From assembly GCA_963726155.1 (NCBI GenBank), contig CAVSBF010000002.1, positions 601,975 to 665,974 on the forward strand: DNA of 64,000 nt, given 5' to 3'. The translations under genes were made by a program, and so were the position numbers. Shown here one piece after another: positions 27,749-36,607 of this stretch; position 1 is the stretch's first letter; each line of letters opens with the position of its first letter. The DNA comes from an uncultured Acidobacteriaceae bacterium. GTDB taxonomy: Bacteria > Acidobacteriota > Terriglobia > Terriglobales > Acidobacteriaceae. Below the pieces are notes generated by a model. It had not been told where the DNA came from, searched no databases, and saw nothing but the letters and a program-made list of their open reading frames with translations.

Positions 27749-28735
27749 ATGGACGCCCCAAACTCTCTCCAAGAAGCCATTGTTTACTTCTCCGATCCTG
27801 ACCGCGCTTTCGAGTACGCAAAGAAACTCCGCTGGCCAGATGGAAAGGTAGTTTGCCCACGTTGCGGCAAGGCGAAGCACTCGTTCATTAAGACTCGCCG
27901 CGTGTGGTTCTGCTACGAGTGCAAGAAGCAATTCAGCTTGAAGCTTGGAACCGTTTTCGAGGATTCGGCGCTCGGTCTCGATAAGTGGATGACCGGATTT
28001 TGGCTCTTGGTCAATTGCAAGAACGGCGTGTCCAGTATGGAGATTCACCGCGCCCTTGGCATCACGCAGAAGGCGGCATGGTTTATGCTGCAACGTCTTC
28101 GGCTCGCTATCCAAGACGATTTCTTTGGTTCCAAACTCGGCGGCGGTAGCGGCGAAGTCGAAGTAGACGAATCTTTCATAGGCGGCAAGGCACGGAACAT
28201 GCACCTGAGCGAGCGCAAGCGCCGAATCACCGGAACGGGCACGAAAGACAAAACCGCAGTTATGGGCATCCTTGAACGTGGTGGAAAGATTCGCACCACA
28301 GTCGTACCGAATCGCAAGAAGCACGCATTGCAGGGCGAAGTCCGCAAGCATGTCGAAGCTGGCGCGGCACTCTACTCCGATGCGCTCATGTCGTATGAAG
28401 GACTCGCTACTGATTACGCGCACAAGGTTGTTGACCGTGCCGTGCAATATGTAGATGGTCGCGTACACACCAACGGCCTTGAAAACTTCTGGTCGCTCCT
28501 CAAGCGTGGTATCTCTGGCACGTATGTTTCGGTGGAACCGTTTCATCTTTTCCGTTACCTTGATGAGCAAACTTTCCGCTTCAACAACCGCAAACACATG
28601 AACGACGGCCAGCGCTTCGCATTGGCCATGTCCCAGATCGGCGGGAAGCGCCTCACCTATACCGAACTGACAGGCAAAGATCAATCGCCGCGCCACGAAG
28701 CGACAGGGACGCGGGAAACGCAAGTCCCGTTCTAG
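27749..28735 (+). CDS. IS1595-family DDE transposase
   Basis: N-terminal zinc ribbon (CPRCG ... CYECKKQFS), then VEVDESFIGG, TAVMGILERGGKI, LYSDALMSYEGL and HTNGLENFWSLLKRG ... typical of DDE_Tnp_IS1595. Confidence 0.92.
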   Translation: MDAPNSLQEAIVYFSDPDRAFEYAKKLRWPDGKVVCPRCGKAKHSFIKTRRVWFCYECKKQFSLKLGTVFEDSALGLDKWMTGFWLLVNCKNGVSSMEIHRALGITQKAAWFMLQRLRLAIQDDFFGSKLGGGSGEVEVDESFIGGKARNMHLSERKRRITGTGTKDKTAVMGILERGGKIRTTVVPNRKKHALQGEVRKHVEAGAALYSDALMSYEGLATDYAHKVVDRAVQYVDGRVHTNGLENFWSLLKRGISGTYVSVEPFHLFRYLDEQTFRFNNRKHMNDGQRFALAMSQIGGKRLTYTELTGKDQSPRHEATGTRETQVPF

Positions 28736-28887
28736 TCCTTGCCGCGTTTCTTCTTGGGGGCAGTGAGCTTCCTCCCCTTCTTTCTTGCTTTCCCAATTGC
28801 CGTTTTAGGCACTTTGAAAAGCGCGGCCATGCCGCGCTCAAAACGTTCTCTAGCTTCTGGGCCTTCGATATATTCAGGTTCTTTCAT
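28732..28887 (-). CDS. small Lys/Arg-rich protein (51 aa), passenger gene
   Basis: Hand-translated as MKEPEYIEGPEARERFERGMAALFKVPKTAIGKARKKGRKLTAPKKKRGKD. It lies 17 nt downstream of the membrane-protein gene and below the track cutoff. Confidence 0.45.
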   Translation of the reverse strand: MKEPEYIEGPEARERFERGMAALFKVPKTAIGKARKKGRKLTAPKKKRGKD

Positions 28888-28904
28888 CAATCAATTTACC
28901 CTTT

Positions 28905-29942
28905 TTACTGAACCCGCGTTTTTTCTGCCATGGTCACTATTAATTCAGTACATTGAACGGTCTTGCAGTGGACCTCCGTAACCATATCGCTTTCTTCAAC
29001 ATCCAACGGAGGATAAGGCTCGTCTGGATCAAGGCGAGTTGGGGCTGGACCACCTGCTACATGCTGGGCTATTAGTGCTTTCATCTCTTGCATGAGTTCG
29101 GGAAAGTGTGGGTTAGCGTCCGACAACGGCCGTGAGGTTGCGGAAATAGAAGTAACTTTCACAAGGCATTTATACGCCGACGCAGACACTTGTCTATCCA
29201 AGTCGAGATCAACGGTCGAGATTCTGTTCTCCCCAAAATGAGATTTTATAGGCTTACGAATCGTAATTGTCGCAGGCTCGCTAAGGGTAGGGAATGTGAC
29301 CGTTCGTACATAAAAATCTGGTACATGAGTTGGTTCCTCAAAACCGGAAACCCATCCCGGTTTTGGTTCTGAAACGACAACGTTTTGTGGAGGCGTTACT
29401 CTTATCTTATCCAACGGCTCTCTCGCGTCGTTTATTGAGATGACGATCTGTGCCGCATCCCCACTTGGCGTGACATTAATCACCCATTCGTGGAATAAGT
29501 CTTGGAAAAGAGGTTTGTAAACATCTGTAGTGCGTCCGTGGTTTTTCCACTTCGCGCGCGAGTGAACAACCGCCATGATGTTAGAACTCACATCAATGGA
29601 AATTTCGCACTTCTTCGGAAAACACCAAGCATTGTCCCCTCGCTTGATATTGGTGGCTGTTATTAGCAGCGTACACACTATAATCGCAGCAATTATCGCT
29701 GCAAAACGAAGAAATCTTGATGTAGTTTGCCATTCGCATATTTTTGCGACGGCGATTATTCCAACGGCGACCCACGCCGCAACTGCGATGCAGTAAATTT
29801 CGAGGTCTAGCATGAGGCCACCAAATCCGAGCAGGCCCGTGACCTCGAAGCCAACGACCACTTTGGACGAAAAACCACTCCTCCGGACAATCCGATTGTT
29901 GAAATCCTTGAAAGCGTTCGCAAGCGAACGGAACATAGCCAT
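28905..29942 (-). CDS. orphan membrane-anchored protein (passenger gene)
   Basis: The ATG at 29942 is preceded by AGGAAG. About three N-terminal TM helices are followed by a soluble domain of roughly 230 aa with no motif recognised. The gene is visibly more AT-rich than the flanking chromosome. The track ORF extends to 30425 only as antisense read-through of the IS110 gene. Confidence 0.6.
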   Translation of the reverse strand: MAMFRSLANAFKDFNNRIVRRSGFSSKVVVGFEVTGLLGFGGLMLDLEIYCIAVAAWVAVGIIAVAKICEWQTTSRFLRFAAIIAAIIVCTLLITATNIKRGDNAWCFPKKCEISIDVSSNIMAVVHSRAKWKNHGRTTDVYKPLFQDLFHEWVINVTPSGDAAQIVISINDAREPLDKIRVTPPQNVVVSEPKPGWVSGFEEPTHVPDFYVRTVTFPTLSEPATITIRKPIKSHFGENRISTVDLDLDRQVSASAYKCLVKVTSISATSRPLSDANPHFPELMQEMKALIAQHVAGGPAPTRLDPDEPYPPLDVEESDMVTEVHCKTVQCTELIVTMAEKTRVQ

Positions 29943-29960
29943 AGGATTGTCTTCCTGCAG

Positions 29961-31377
29961 AAAGATGGGATGAGAAGGCGCCAGCGTGCGTGGTAGAACG
30001 CTGGCTAGGAGGATTCCCAAATGGCAAAGAATGGAACGTTGGCTAAGAGCCAGGAGCTGCAACCAAGTTTTCAAACAACAACAGAGCAGATTACGATTGG
30101 CATCGATCTCGGAGATCGCTTCAGCCACTGCTGTGTCCTTGGACCCGATGGAAGAGTACTGACCGAGGGTCGTCTGCGATCTATACCTGAGACGATGGCC
30201 CGTCATTTTCAAGATATTCCACCTTCGCGTATCGCCATCGAGGTGGGCACGCACTCCCGGTGGGTGAGTCAACTGTTGGGGCAGTGGGGCCACGAGGTGA
30301 TCGTGGCCAACCCGCGAAATCTTCGAATGATTGCAGACAGCATTCGCAAGTCGGACCAGGTTGACGCGCACATGCTTGCCAGGCTCGCTCGTGTCGATCC
30401 GAAACTGCTCTCGCCGATCGTGCATCGCAAACAGGAAAGCTACCCTGACCTCATCCAGTTGAAGGCCCGCGATCTCTTGGTCAAGAACAGAACACGACTC
30501 ATGAATGCCGTGCGCGGCGTTTTGAAGTCCACCGGATTGCGTGTTCCTCCCTCGGGGACATCTTGCTTTCCGAGCAAGGCAGCGATGTGCATTCCTGATG
30601 AGCTGAAGCTGAGCTTGACTCCGCTGCTGGAGACGATTTCACATCTGAACAAGCAAATTTATTCTTTGGACAAGGCAATTGAAAGCACCGCACAAAATCG
30701 CTATCCAGAAACTAATCGGCTCCGCCAGATAAGCGGAGTGGGATCGATCACAGCCCTTCAGTACGTCCTTACTATAGGAGATCCCGGCCGCTTCGTTCAT
30801 TCGAGAGATGTCCCTGCATATCTTGGGCTGACACCACGTCGCCACCAATCCGGCTCGGTCGAGCAACAACTCAGGATCAGCAAGGCCGGCAACAAACAGC
30901 TCCGCTCCCTGCTGGTTCAGTGCGCGCAATATCTATTGGGACGTTTTGGACCGGATAGTGACCTCAAACGCTGGGGCACTCGAATGTTCGAACGGGGCGG
31001 AAAAAACAGCAAGAAACGAGCCATTGTGGCAGTAGCCCGGAAACTAGCGGTTCTTCTTCACCGACTGTGGGTTACCGGGGATACCTACCATCCTCTTTAT
31101 AACGTCGCAACCAGTTCCGTCACCCCCTGATGCTCTTGAGGTGTCTCAACGTTGCCAATGTGATTGACCGTTCCGATGATGTTGCAACCCCGGAGGAATT
31201 TGTAGAGATACCGTGTTCACGGTGACTGCGTGTTTTTTCCCGGGCCTTCGAGGCCGACAGAAAGATTGCAGCACCAATCTGATACTGAGAACCCCAATGT
31301 GCACCCGGCCTCCACAAGAGCCGAATAAGTGCGAATGGAAGCGCGGCGATCAGTTCAACACGGAATCGACCGTTCGC
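29961..31377 (+). mobile_element. IS110-family insertion sequence nested in the IS1595-family element (boundaries approximate)
   Basis: A complete DEDD transposase gene lies between the two minus-strand passenger genes. The boundaries are only bracketed by the neighbouring gene start/RBS (29942-29956) and stop (31378). Confidence 0.55.
30021..31130 (+). CDS. IS110-family (DEDD) transposase/recombinase
   Basis: ITIGIDLGDRFSH, RIAIEVGTHS and KSDQVDAHMLARLA form the DEDD N-terminal domain. ISGVGSITALQYVLTIGDPGRF ... YLGLTPRRHQSG ... ISKAGNKQLR is the Transposase_20 C-terminal domain. SD AGGAGG lies upstream. Confidence 0.92.
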   Translation: MAKNGTLAKSQELQPSFQTTTEQITIGIDLGDRFSHCCVLGPDGRVLTEGRLRSIPETMARHFQDIPPSRIAIEVGTHSRWVSQLLGQWGHEVIVANPRNLRMIADSIRKSDQVDAHMLARLARVDPKLLSPIVHRKQESYPDLIQLKARDLLVKNRTRLMNAVRGVLKSTGLRVPPSGTSCFPSKAAMCIPDELKLSLTPLLETISHLNKQIYSLDKAIESTAQNRYPETNRLRQISGVGSITALQYVLTIGDPGRFVHSRDVPAYLGLTPRRHQSGSVEQQLRISKAGNKQLRSLLVQCAQYLLGRFGPDSDLKRWGTRMFERGGKNSKKRAIVAVARKLAVLLHRLWVTGDTYHPLYNVATSSVTP

Positions 31378-32376
31378 TTAGGGTAGCGAAGTCGTTGGAT
31401 GCGTCGGCTCTTTGACAAGTGCAAGCCACTTGGTTGCAAGTTGATGCGACGGCAGCCAGCCAGACGCAATCATGTCTGCCGGAGCGGCACGTCCGACCTG
31501 CTGAATGCTTGCGCCACACGCATCCCAAGTCAGTGTGCCCCAGTCGTCGTGTACCTCCGACGGGCACGTGCGAATGTATCCCACCCAGCCGCGGCTATCG
31601 TCGATCTTGCGTAACGGCTTCGTTGGGGACGGCTGGCGCAGTTTGATGATCTGGTCGAGCCACGCGAGTATCAGAGATTTTGCATTGATGATGCAGCAGT
31701 GTGGCGTCTTATTCTGGACGAGGAATGCCCAAGGAGCACCACGATCTCGATACTGATGAAAGTAGTTGTAAGGGCGTTGGGTACCGGAGATCTTGTCTGC
31801 GCCCCCCGCCAAAATGAGTTCAGGAACGGAGATGGCGTCGAGGGAAAGGTGCACGTTGTCGATTCCGACCGGATCGTAGTGACCGGGATCGGTGGGAATG
31901 GATGCCACGACGCGATCAGGCGCGTAACCGACAAAGTGAGCAAACAGAGCACCCGTACCGGAAAAACCGAGCAGAATCAGCTTCGCGGAAGACAGTTCGG
32001 CATGGCCTGACTGATGGGCGAACTGGTCCAGAGCTGTAAAGAGGGCGCGGCCAACACCATGCGTCGGATCCATGTCCATCTCTTTCGGTCCGCCAGGAGC
32101 ATTCTTTGCGGGGCACTGGTGCGGCATCATCAGTGCGAGATCATTTCGCCGCGCAAAAGCGACGACATCGGGATCGGAATAAAACTTCATAATGTCCTCC
32201 CCCCGGTCGAAGGTCACCCAAATAGCTCGAACTGCGCGCCGCCCAGCAGGCAAAGTAAGGTCATAGTGACAGGGATCAGCGAACGTCTCGCTCGCCAGCG
32301 GGGCAACGATGGTTTCGAACGACTGCCCATGGGCAAGCGAGGCTAGGGCCATCAATGCGATCAAAATCCAGCGCAC
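31378..32376 (-). CDS. secreted alpha/beta-fold hydrolase (passenger gene)
   Basis: The GTG at 32376 is preceded by AGGAGA and gives the signal peptide (M)RWILIALMALASLAHGQ. GFSGTG is a G-x-S-x-G nucleophile elbow. The track ORF extends upstream to 32592. Confidence 0.6.
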   Translation of the reverse strand: MRWILIALMALASLAHGQSFETIVAPLASETFADPCHYDLTLPAGRRAVRAIWVTFDRGEDIMKFYSDPDVVAFARRNDLALMMPHQCPAKNAPGGPKEMDMDPTHGVGRALFTALDQFAHQSGHAELSSAKLILLGFSGTGALFAHFVGYAPDRVVASIPTDPGHYDPVGIDNVHLSLDAISVPELILAGGADKISGTQRPYNYFHQYRDRGAPWAFLVQNKTPHCCIINAKSLILAWLDQIIKLRQPSPTKPLRKIDDSRGWVGYIRTCPSEVHDDWGTLTWDACGASIQQVGRAAPADMIASGWLPSHQLATKWLALVKEPTHPTTSLP

Positions 32377-32770
32377 CAGTCTCTCTCCTGTCAAAGCCGA
32401 AGATCTGATTGTAAAGACTTTCCCTCGGATCGGTTCGTTCGTCTTTTTTTTCAAGTCCCGAAAGGGAATGGCCTCCGCCCATGTCTTCCTGCCTTCGTTT
32501 TGCTCCGAATCATGCAGACGGGCAAGGAACCCGTCAAGGTTGCCCTTCGGCTCGCTCCGCTCGACCTTGACTGAACCCTTGCCCGTCTGCACTCACCCTC
32601 TCCGCTAGAAAACGAAGGCACACAATCGAAGCCCAAAACCAAAAACTTCGGTTGACATCACAGCGCCTTCTCATGGAAGGGAAAGACAATGCCAATAATT
32701 GCGAAAATGGAAGAGCCAATAACGGCGTACTCGTTGTCAGACATGGGCTACCCCATATTGACAGAATCCT

Positions 32771-32796
32771 ACATGTGTCGCAAGGATATAATTGCC
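32771..32796. repeat. right terminal inverted repeat of the IS1595-family element
   Basis: See the left IR entry; 22/26 matches. Confidence 0.8.
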
Positions 32797-32804
32797 CAAA
32801 TTAG
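32797..32804. repeat. target-site duplication, right (CAAATTAG)
   Basis: Identical to 27692-27699. Confidence 0.8.
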
Positions 32805-32982
32805 ATATGAGTGGCGGGATTAAGGTCAAGCTAAGTCGCGCGGTTTGGTTGGCGGAGAACCGCAAATCGCTCAGCTTTTATTAAGAGGAATCCCAGAAAA
32901 TACGCCCCTTTCCTCGCCGCCTGGACTAAAATGGAGCGAGCCGCTCCCTGCTTTCATCCAATAGGCAGGCCAGCCCCCCGGG

Positions 32983-33879
32983 ATGATTAAGGCAACGCTT
33001 CGAAATCCGGCCCTCCGCAAGCGCGCGTCACAGTTCGGGCGATTGGTGCGTAATTCCGCCGTAACCCCCTTATGCGGCGAAACTCACAAGCCTCGACTTG
33101 TTGCGAATGGGGAACTGGGGATCACTTTCATCGGGCATTCGAGCTTTTTCCTGCAGATGGGCGGTCAAAATATAACCATCGATCCCAACTTCGCGCGCTG
33201 GTTGTTTGTGCTGAAGCGCCTGCGGCGTCCCGGGGTTCGGGTGCGCGATTTACCGGCGATCGATCTGGTGCTGGTGACGCACGCCCATTTTGATCATCTG
33301 CACCGGCCATCATTGCGAGCGATTGTGCACAACAACCTGCGAGTGCGGGGAACTGCTCCAGCCATCATTATTCCGAGCCACGTCACCGACCTGGTTTCCG
33401 ATCTGGGATTCTCCGAGATCATAGAACTCGACTGGTGGGACACTACGCGGCACGGCAATTTGTCGGTGACCCACGTCCCTTCCCGGCATTGGGGAGCGCG
33501 GATTCTGAAGGATTCGCATCGCGGTTACGGCGGCTATGTTCTGAAGGCGGGGAAGCACTCGGTTTATCACGCCGGCGATACTGCTTATTTTGCGGGCTTC
33601 CGCGAGATCGGACGACGTCTGGCGCCTGAGTTGGCGCTGCTTCCGATTGGCGCCTACAATCCCGCGACGTTTCGCAATGTGCATACCAACCCGGCCGATG
33701 CGACGCATGCCTTCCTCGACTTAAAATCGCGCTGGATGGTGCCGATGCACTACGGAACCTTCCGCCTATCGCACGAGCCGGTCGAGGAGCCGCTGCAATT
33801 GCTGGAAAAGGAAGCGCGTGCGGCCGGGATTCAAGACCGGGTGGTGGTTCTGGAAGAGGGCGTCACGAGGTTCTTCTGA
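32983..33879 (+). CDS. MBL-fold metallo-hydrolase
   Basis: LVLVTHAHFDHL is the HxHxDH motif. YHAGDTAYF and PIGAY ... also fit the family. Confidence 0.8.
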   Translation: MIKATLRNPALRKRASQFGRLVRNSAVTPLCGETHKPRLVANGELGITFIGHSSFFLQMGGQNITIDPNFARWLFVLKRLRRPGVRVRDLPAIDLVLVTHAHFDHLHRPSLRAIVHNNLRVRGTAPAIIIPSHVTDLVSDLGFSEIIELDWWDTTRHGNLSVTHVPSRHWGARILKDSHRGYGGYVLKAGKHSVYHAGDTAYFAGFREIGRRLAPELALLPIGAYNPATFRNVHTNPADATHAFLDLKSRWMVPMHYGTFRLSHEPVEEPLQLLEKEARAAGIQDRVVVLEEGVTRFF

Positions 33880-34085
33880 TTTCATCTCGCCTGAGGCCCA
33901 GGAAGAGTTTGTGAAGCAGTGATTGGTTCAGAGCGCGGCTCTCGCCGCGCCCTTCTTGGTTCCTGCTACTTTGGTAATCTCGCAGACCCCGCTATTACAC
34001 AAGTATTACAGTGGATGGCCCGAAGCCTTGATAAGTTAGATATGTACGTTAGCGAACTTAGGACAAACGGGGACCCTCCTTGGAC

Positions 34086-35000
<915 letters not shown>

Positions 35001-35034
35001 ATTCGAGCCAACTGCGCCTTACGACTGGAATATC

Positions 35035-35060
35035 AACCCGCCTTTTCGGCGGGTTTTTCA
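35035..35060 (+). terminator. intrinsic terminator after the desaturase gene
   Basis: AACCCGCC-TTTTC-GGCGGGTT followed by TTTCATTTG. Confidence 0.7.
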
Positions 35061-35122
35061 TTTGTCGTCCTGCAATTCCTGAGATTGACAGCCCCCTGCG
35101 AGCCGAGCAGGATAAATGAATC

Positions 35123-35311
35123 ATGGACCCGGTGTTGCTTGCTCTGCTTGTCGCGCTACTTGCGATGATCGGCTGGTGCGTGTACAGAGTTTCGCGGCGC
35201 AGCATTTCCGTTGCTGCCGTCCGAGACTGGTCGATCTACGCTGTCGTCGGGCTTCTGATTGTAGTGGGGATCTGTCTATCGGTGGTGCTCACATTGATAC
35301 ACCCACGCTGA
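35123..35311 (+). CDS. small two-TM membrane protein (62 aa)
   Basis: MDPVLLALLVALLAMIGWCVY ... WSIYAVVGLLIVVGICLSVVLTLI gives clean hydrophobic helices. The alternative overlapping frame (35116) is Cys/Arg-rich and looks non-coding. Confidence 0.45.
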   Translation: MDPVLLALLVALLAMIGWCVYRVSRRSISVAAVRDWSIYAVVGLLIVVGICLSVVLTLIHPR

Positions 35312-35574
35312 TGGAGTGGGTTACGCCCATCGTGACGGCTGGGTTCGTATTTGGATTTCCAGCAAGGACTTACTGGCCATACGCTCGCCGTCCAGCATTC
35401 TGCGCTACGCTATTCCCTCTGATTCTGCTCCATTTCCTGTTCTTTCTTGTCGTCCTACCTTTCGTTTGGCGCGGGAACCCATTGCTTGTTGCGATCCTAG
35501 GTTTGCCGGAGATGTTCATAACATATATCGCGTTGATCCTCGTGCTGCGGAAGCCCCCACGGCCTCCGGGGTGA
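35311..35574 (+). CDS. small membrane protein (87 aa), translationally coupled (TGATG)
   Basis: MEWVTPIVTAGFVFGF ... FCATLFPLILLHFLFFLVVLPFVW ... LVAILGLPEMFITYIALILVL. The start overlaps the previous stop. Confidence 0.45.
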   Translation: MEWVTPIVTAGFVFGFPARTYWPYARRPAFCATLFPLILLHFLFFLVVLPFVWRGNPLLVAILGLPEMFITYIALILVLRKPPRPPG

Positions 35575-35698
35575 TGCGAGAATCTTGTCTTATCTCAAGT
35601 CCGACACGTCGGCATCACATCAACGATGATAGACCCTCCAGAGTAACGTCCTCTTTAGTAACCCTCCTCGTCGAACGCGCTAGAATCACCCTAGTCCC

Positions 35699-36607
35699 AT
35701 GCGCATCACGAGCCGCCGCGGAACCATCGTATTCTTTCTCTGCCTGGGCATCGGCCTGGTCGCACTCGCGGTCGCGCTGAATGTTGGATGGATCATCCTT
35801 AACTGGCGCGAGGGAGTGCTGCTGTTCTTCGGCATCATCTTTTTTGCTCTGATCATCGCGGGCATGATCGTGAATACAACCTTCCTTCTGCGCGAAATTC
35901 GCCGCAGCGAACAGCACGACAGCTTTATCAACGCAGTGACGCACGAATTGAAGACCCCGGTGGCTTCCATCCGTCTCCATTTGGAAACTCTGCAGCGCCG
36001 CGAATTGCCAGAGGCGCAGAAGCAGGAGTTTTACCGCCTGATGCTCAGCGATACCGACCGCCTCACCGAGACTGTGGAACAGGTGCTCCGCGCCGGACGA
36101 GCGGGAGATAAGAAAGCGGGCCGGAAAAAATCCCCGGTCGACTTCCGCCAGGTTGTGCGCGAATGCATGGAAGCTGCCCGCGCTCGACATCATCTGCCGC
36201 CGGAGGTGTTGCATTACGAAGAGGCGTCCAGCAACGGCGCAGGGATACGCGTGCTAGGAAGCGCGGAAGACTTGCATACCGCGGTTTTCAACGTTCTCGA
36301 CAATGCCATCAAATATTCCGGAGAGACCGTCGAGGTTCGAGTGCGTCTCGATACGCCTGACGAAAAGCGTGTAGTCCTGAGTGTTCAGGATCAGGGCGTG
36401 GGGATTCCTCCTGACGACTTGAAGAGTATTTTCAAACGTTTCTATCGCGTCAGCCATCGCTCGTTGGCCAATGTGAAAGGAACCGGACTGGGCTTGTTCA
36501 TAGTGAAGGCGATTGCACGGAAGCATGGCGGCAAAGTTTTTGCCGAGAGCGGTGGGGAAGGCGAGGGCACTACCGTGACCATCGAACTGCCGAGGGCGAA
36601 CGCATGA
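35699..36607 (+). CDS. sensor histidine kinase (HisKA + HATPase_c), two N-terminal TM helices
   Basis: H-box FINAVTHELKTPVASI, N box FNVLDNAIKYS, G1 DQGVGIP and G2 GTGLGLFIVKAI. Confidence 0.9.
   Translation: MRITSRRGTIVFFLCLGIGLVALAVALNVGWIILNWREGVLLFFGIIFFALIIAGMIVNTTFLLREIRRSEQHDSFINAVTHELKTPVASIRLHLETLQRRELPEAQKQEFYRLMLSDTDRLTETVEQVLRAGRAGDKKAGRKKSPVDFRQVVRECMEAARARHHLPPEVLHYEEASSNGAGIRVLGSAEDLHTAVFNVLDNAIKYSGETVEVRVRLDTPDEKRVVLSVQDQGVGIPPDDLKSIFKRFYRVSHRSLANVKGTGLGLFIVKAIARKHGGKVFAESGGEGEGTTVTIELPRANA

Larger units (their letters stand above)
27700..32796 (+). mobile_element. IS1595-family (ISNwi1-like) transposable element carrying passenger genes and a nested IS110-family element
   Basis: Terminal inverted repeats match 22/26. 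The ends GGCAAATAT / GGCAATTAT fit the ggnnatTAT end I recall for the ISNwi1 subgroup. A perfect 8-bp direct repeat flanks the element, and the IS1595 DDE transposase sits at the left end. Confidence 0.8.

Noticed and set aside
27743-28723. 326-aa ORF fully antisense to the IS1595 transposase gene
   Set aside because: It is in the codon-aligned antisense register. There it stays open whenever the sense gene avoids the TTA, CTA and TCA codons. It has no start context and no motifs, whereas the sense strand has an unambiguous transposase.
29943-30425. 5' extension of the 506-aa minus-strand ORF (28905-30425) across the IS110 transposase start
   Set aside because: The extension is codon-aligned antisense read-through of the IS110 gene. 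A good RBS and ATG at 29942 give a sensible membrane-protein N-terminus.
35116-35574. Single 152-aa ORF instead of two small membrane proteins
   Set aside because: Its first 65 residues are Cys/Arg-rich and non-hydrophobic. The +1 frame over the same DNA encodes a clean two-helix membrane protein ending in a TGATG overlap.
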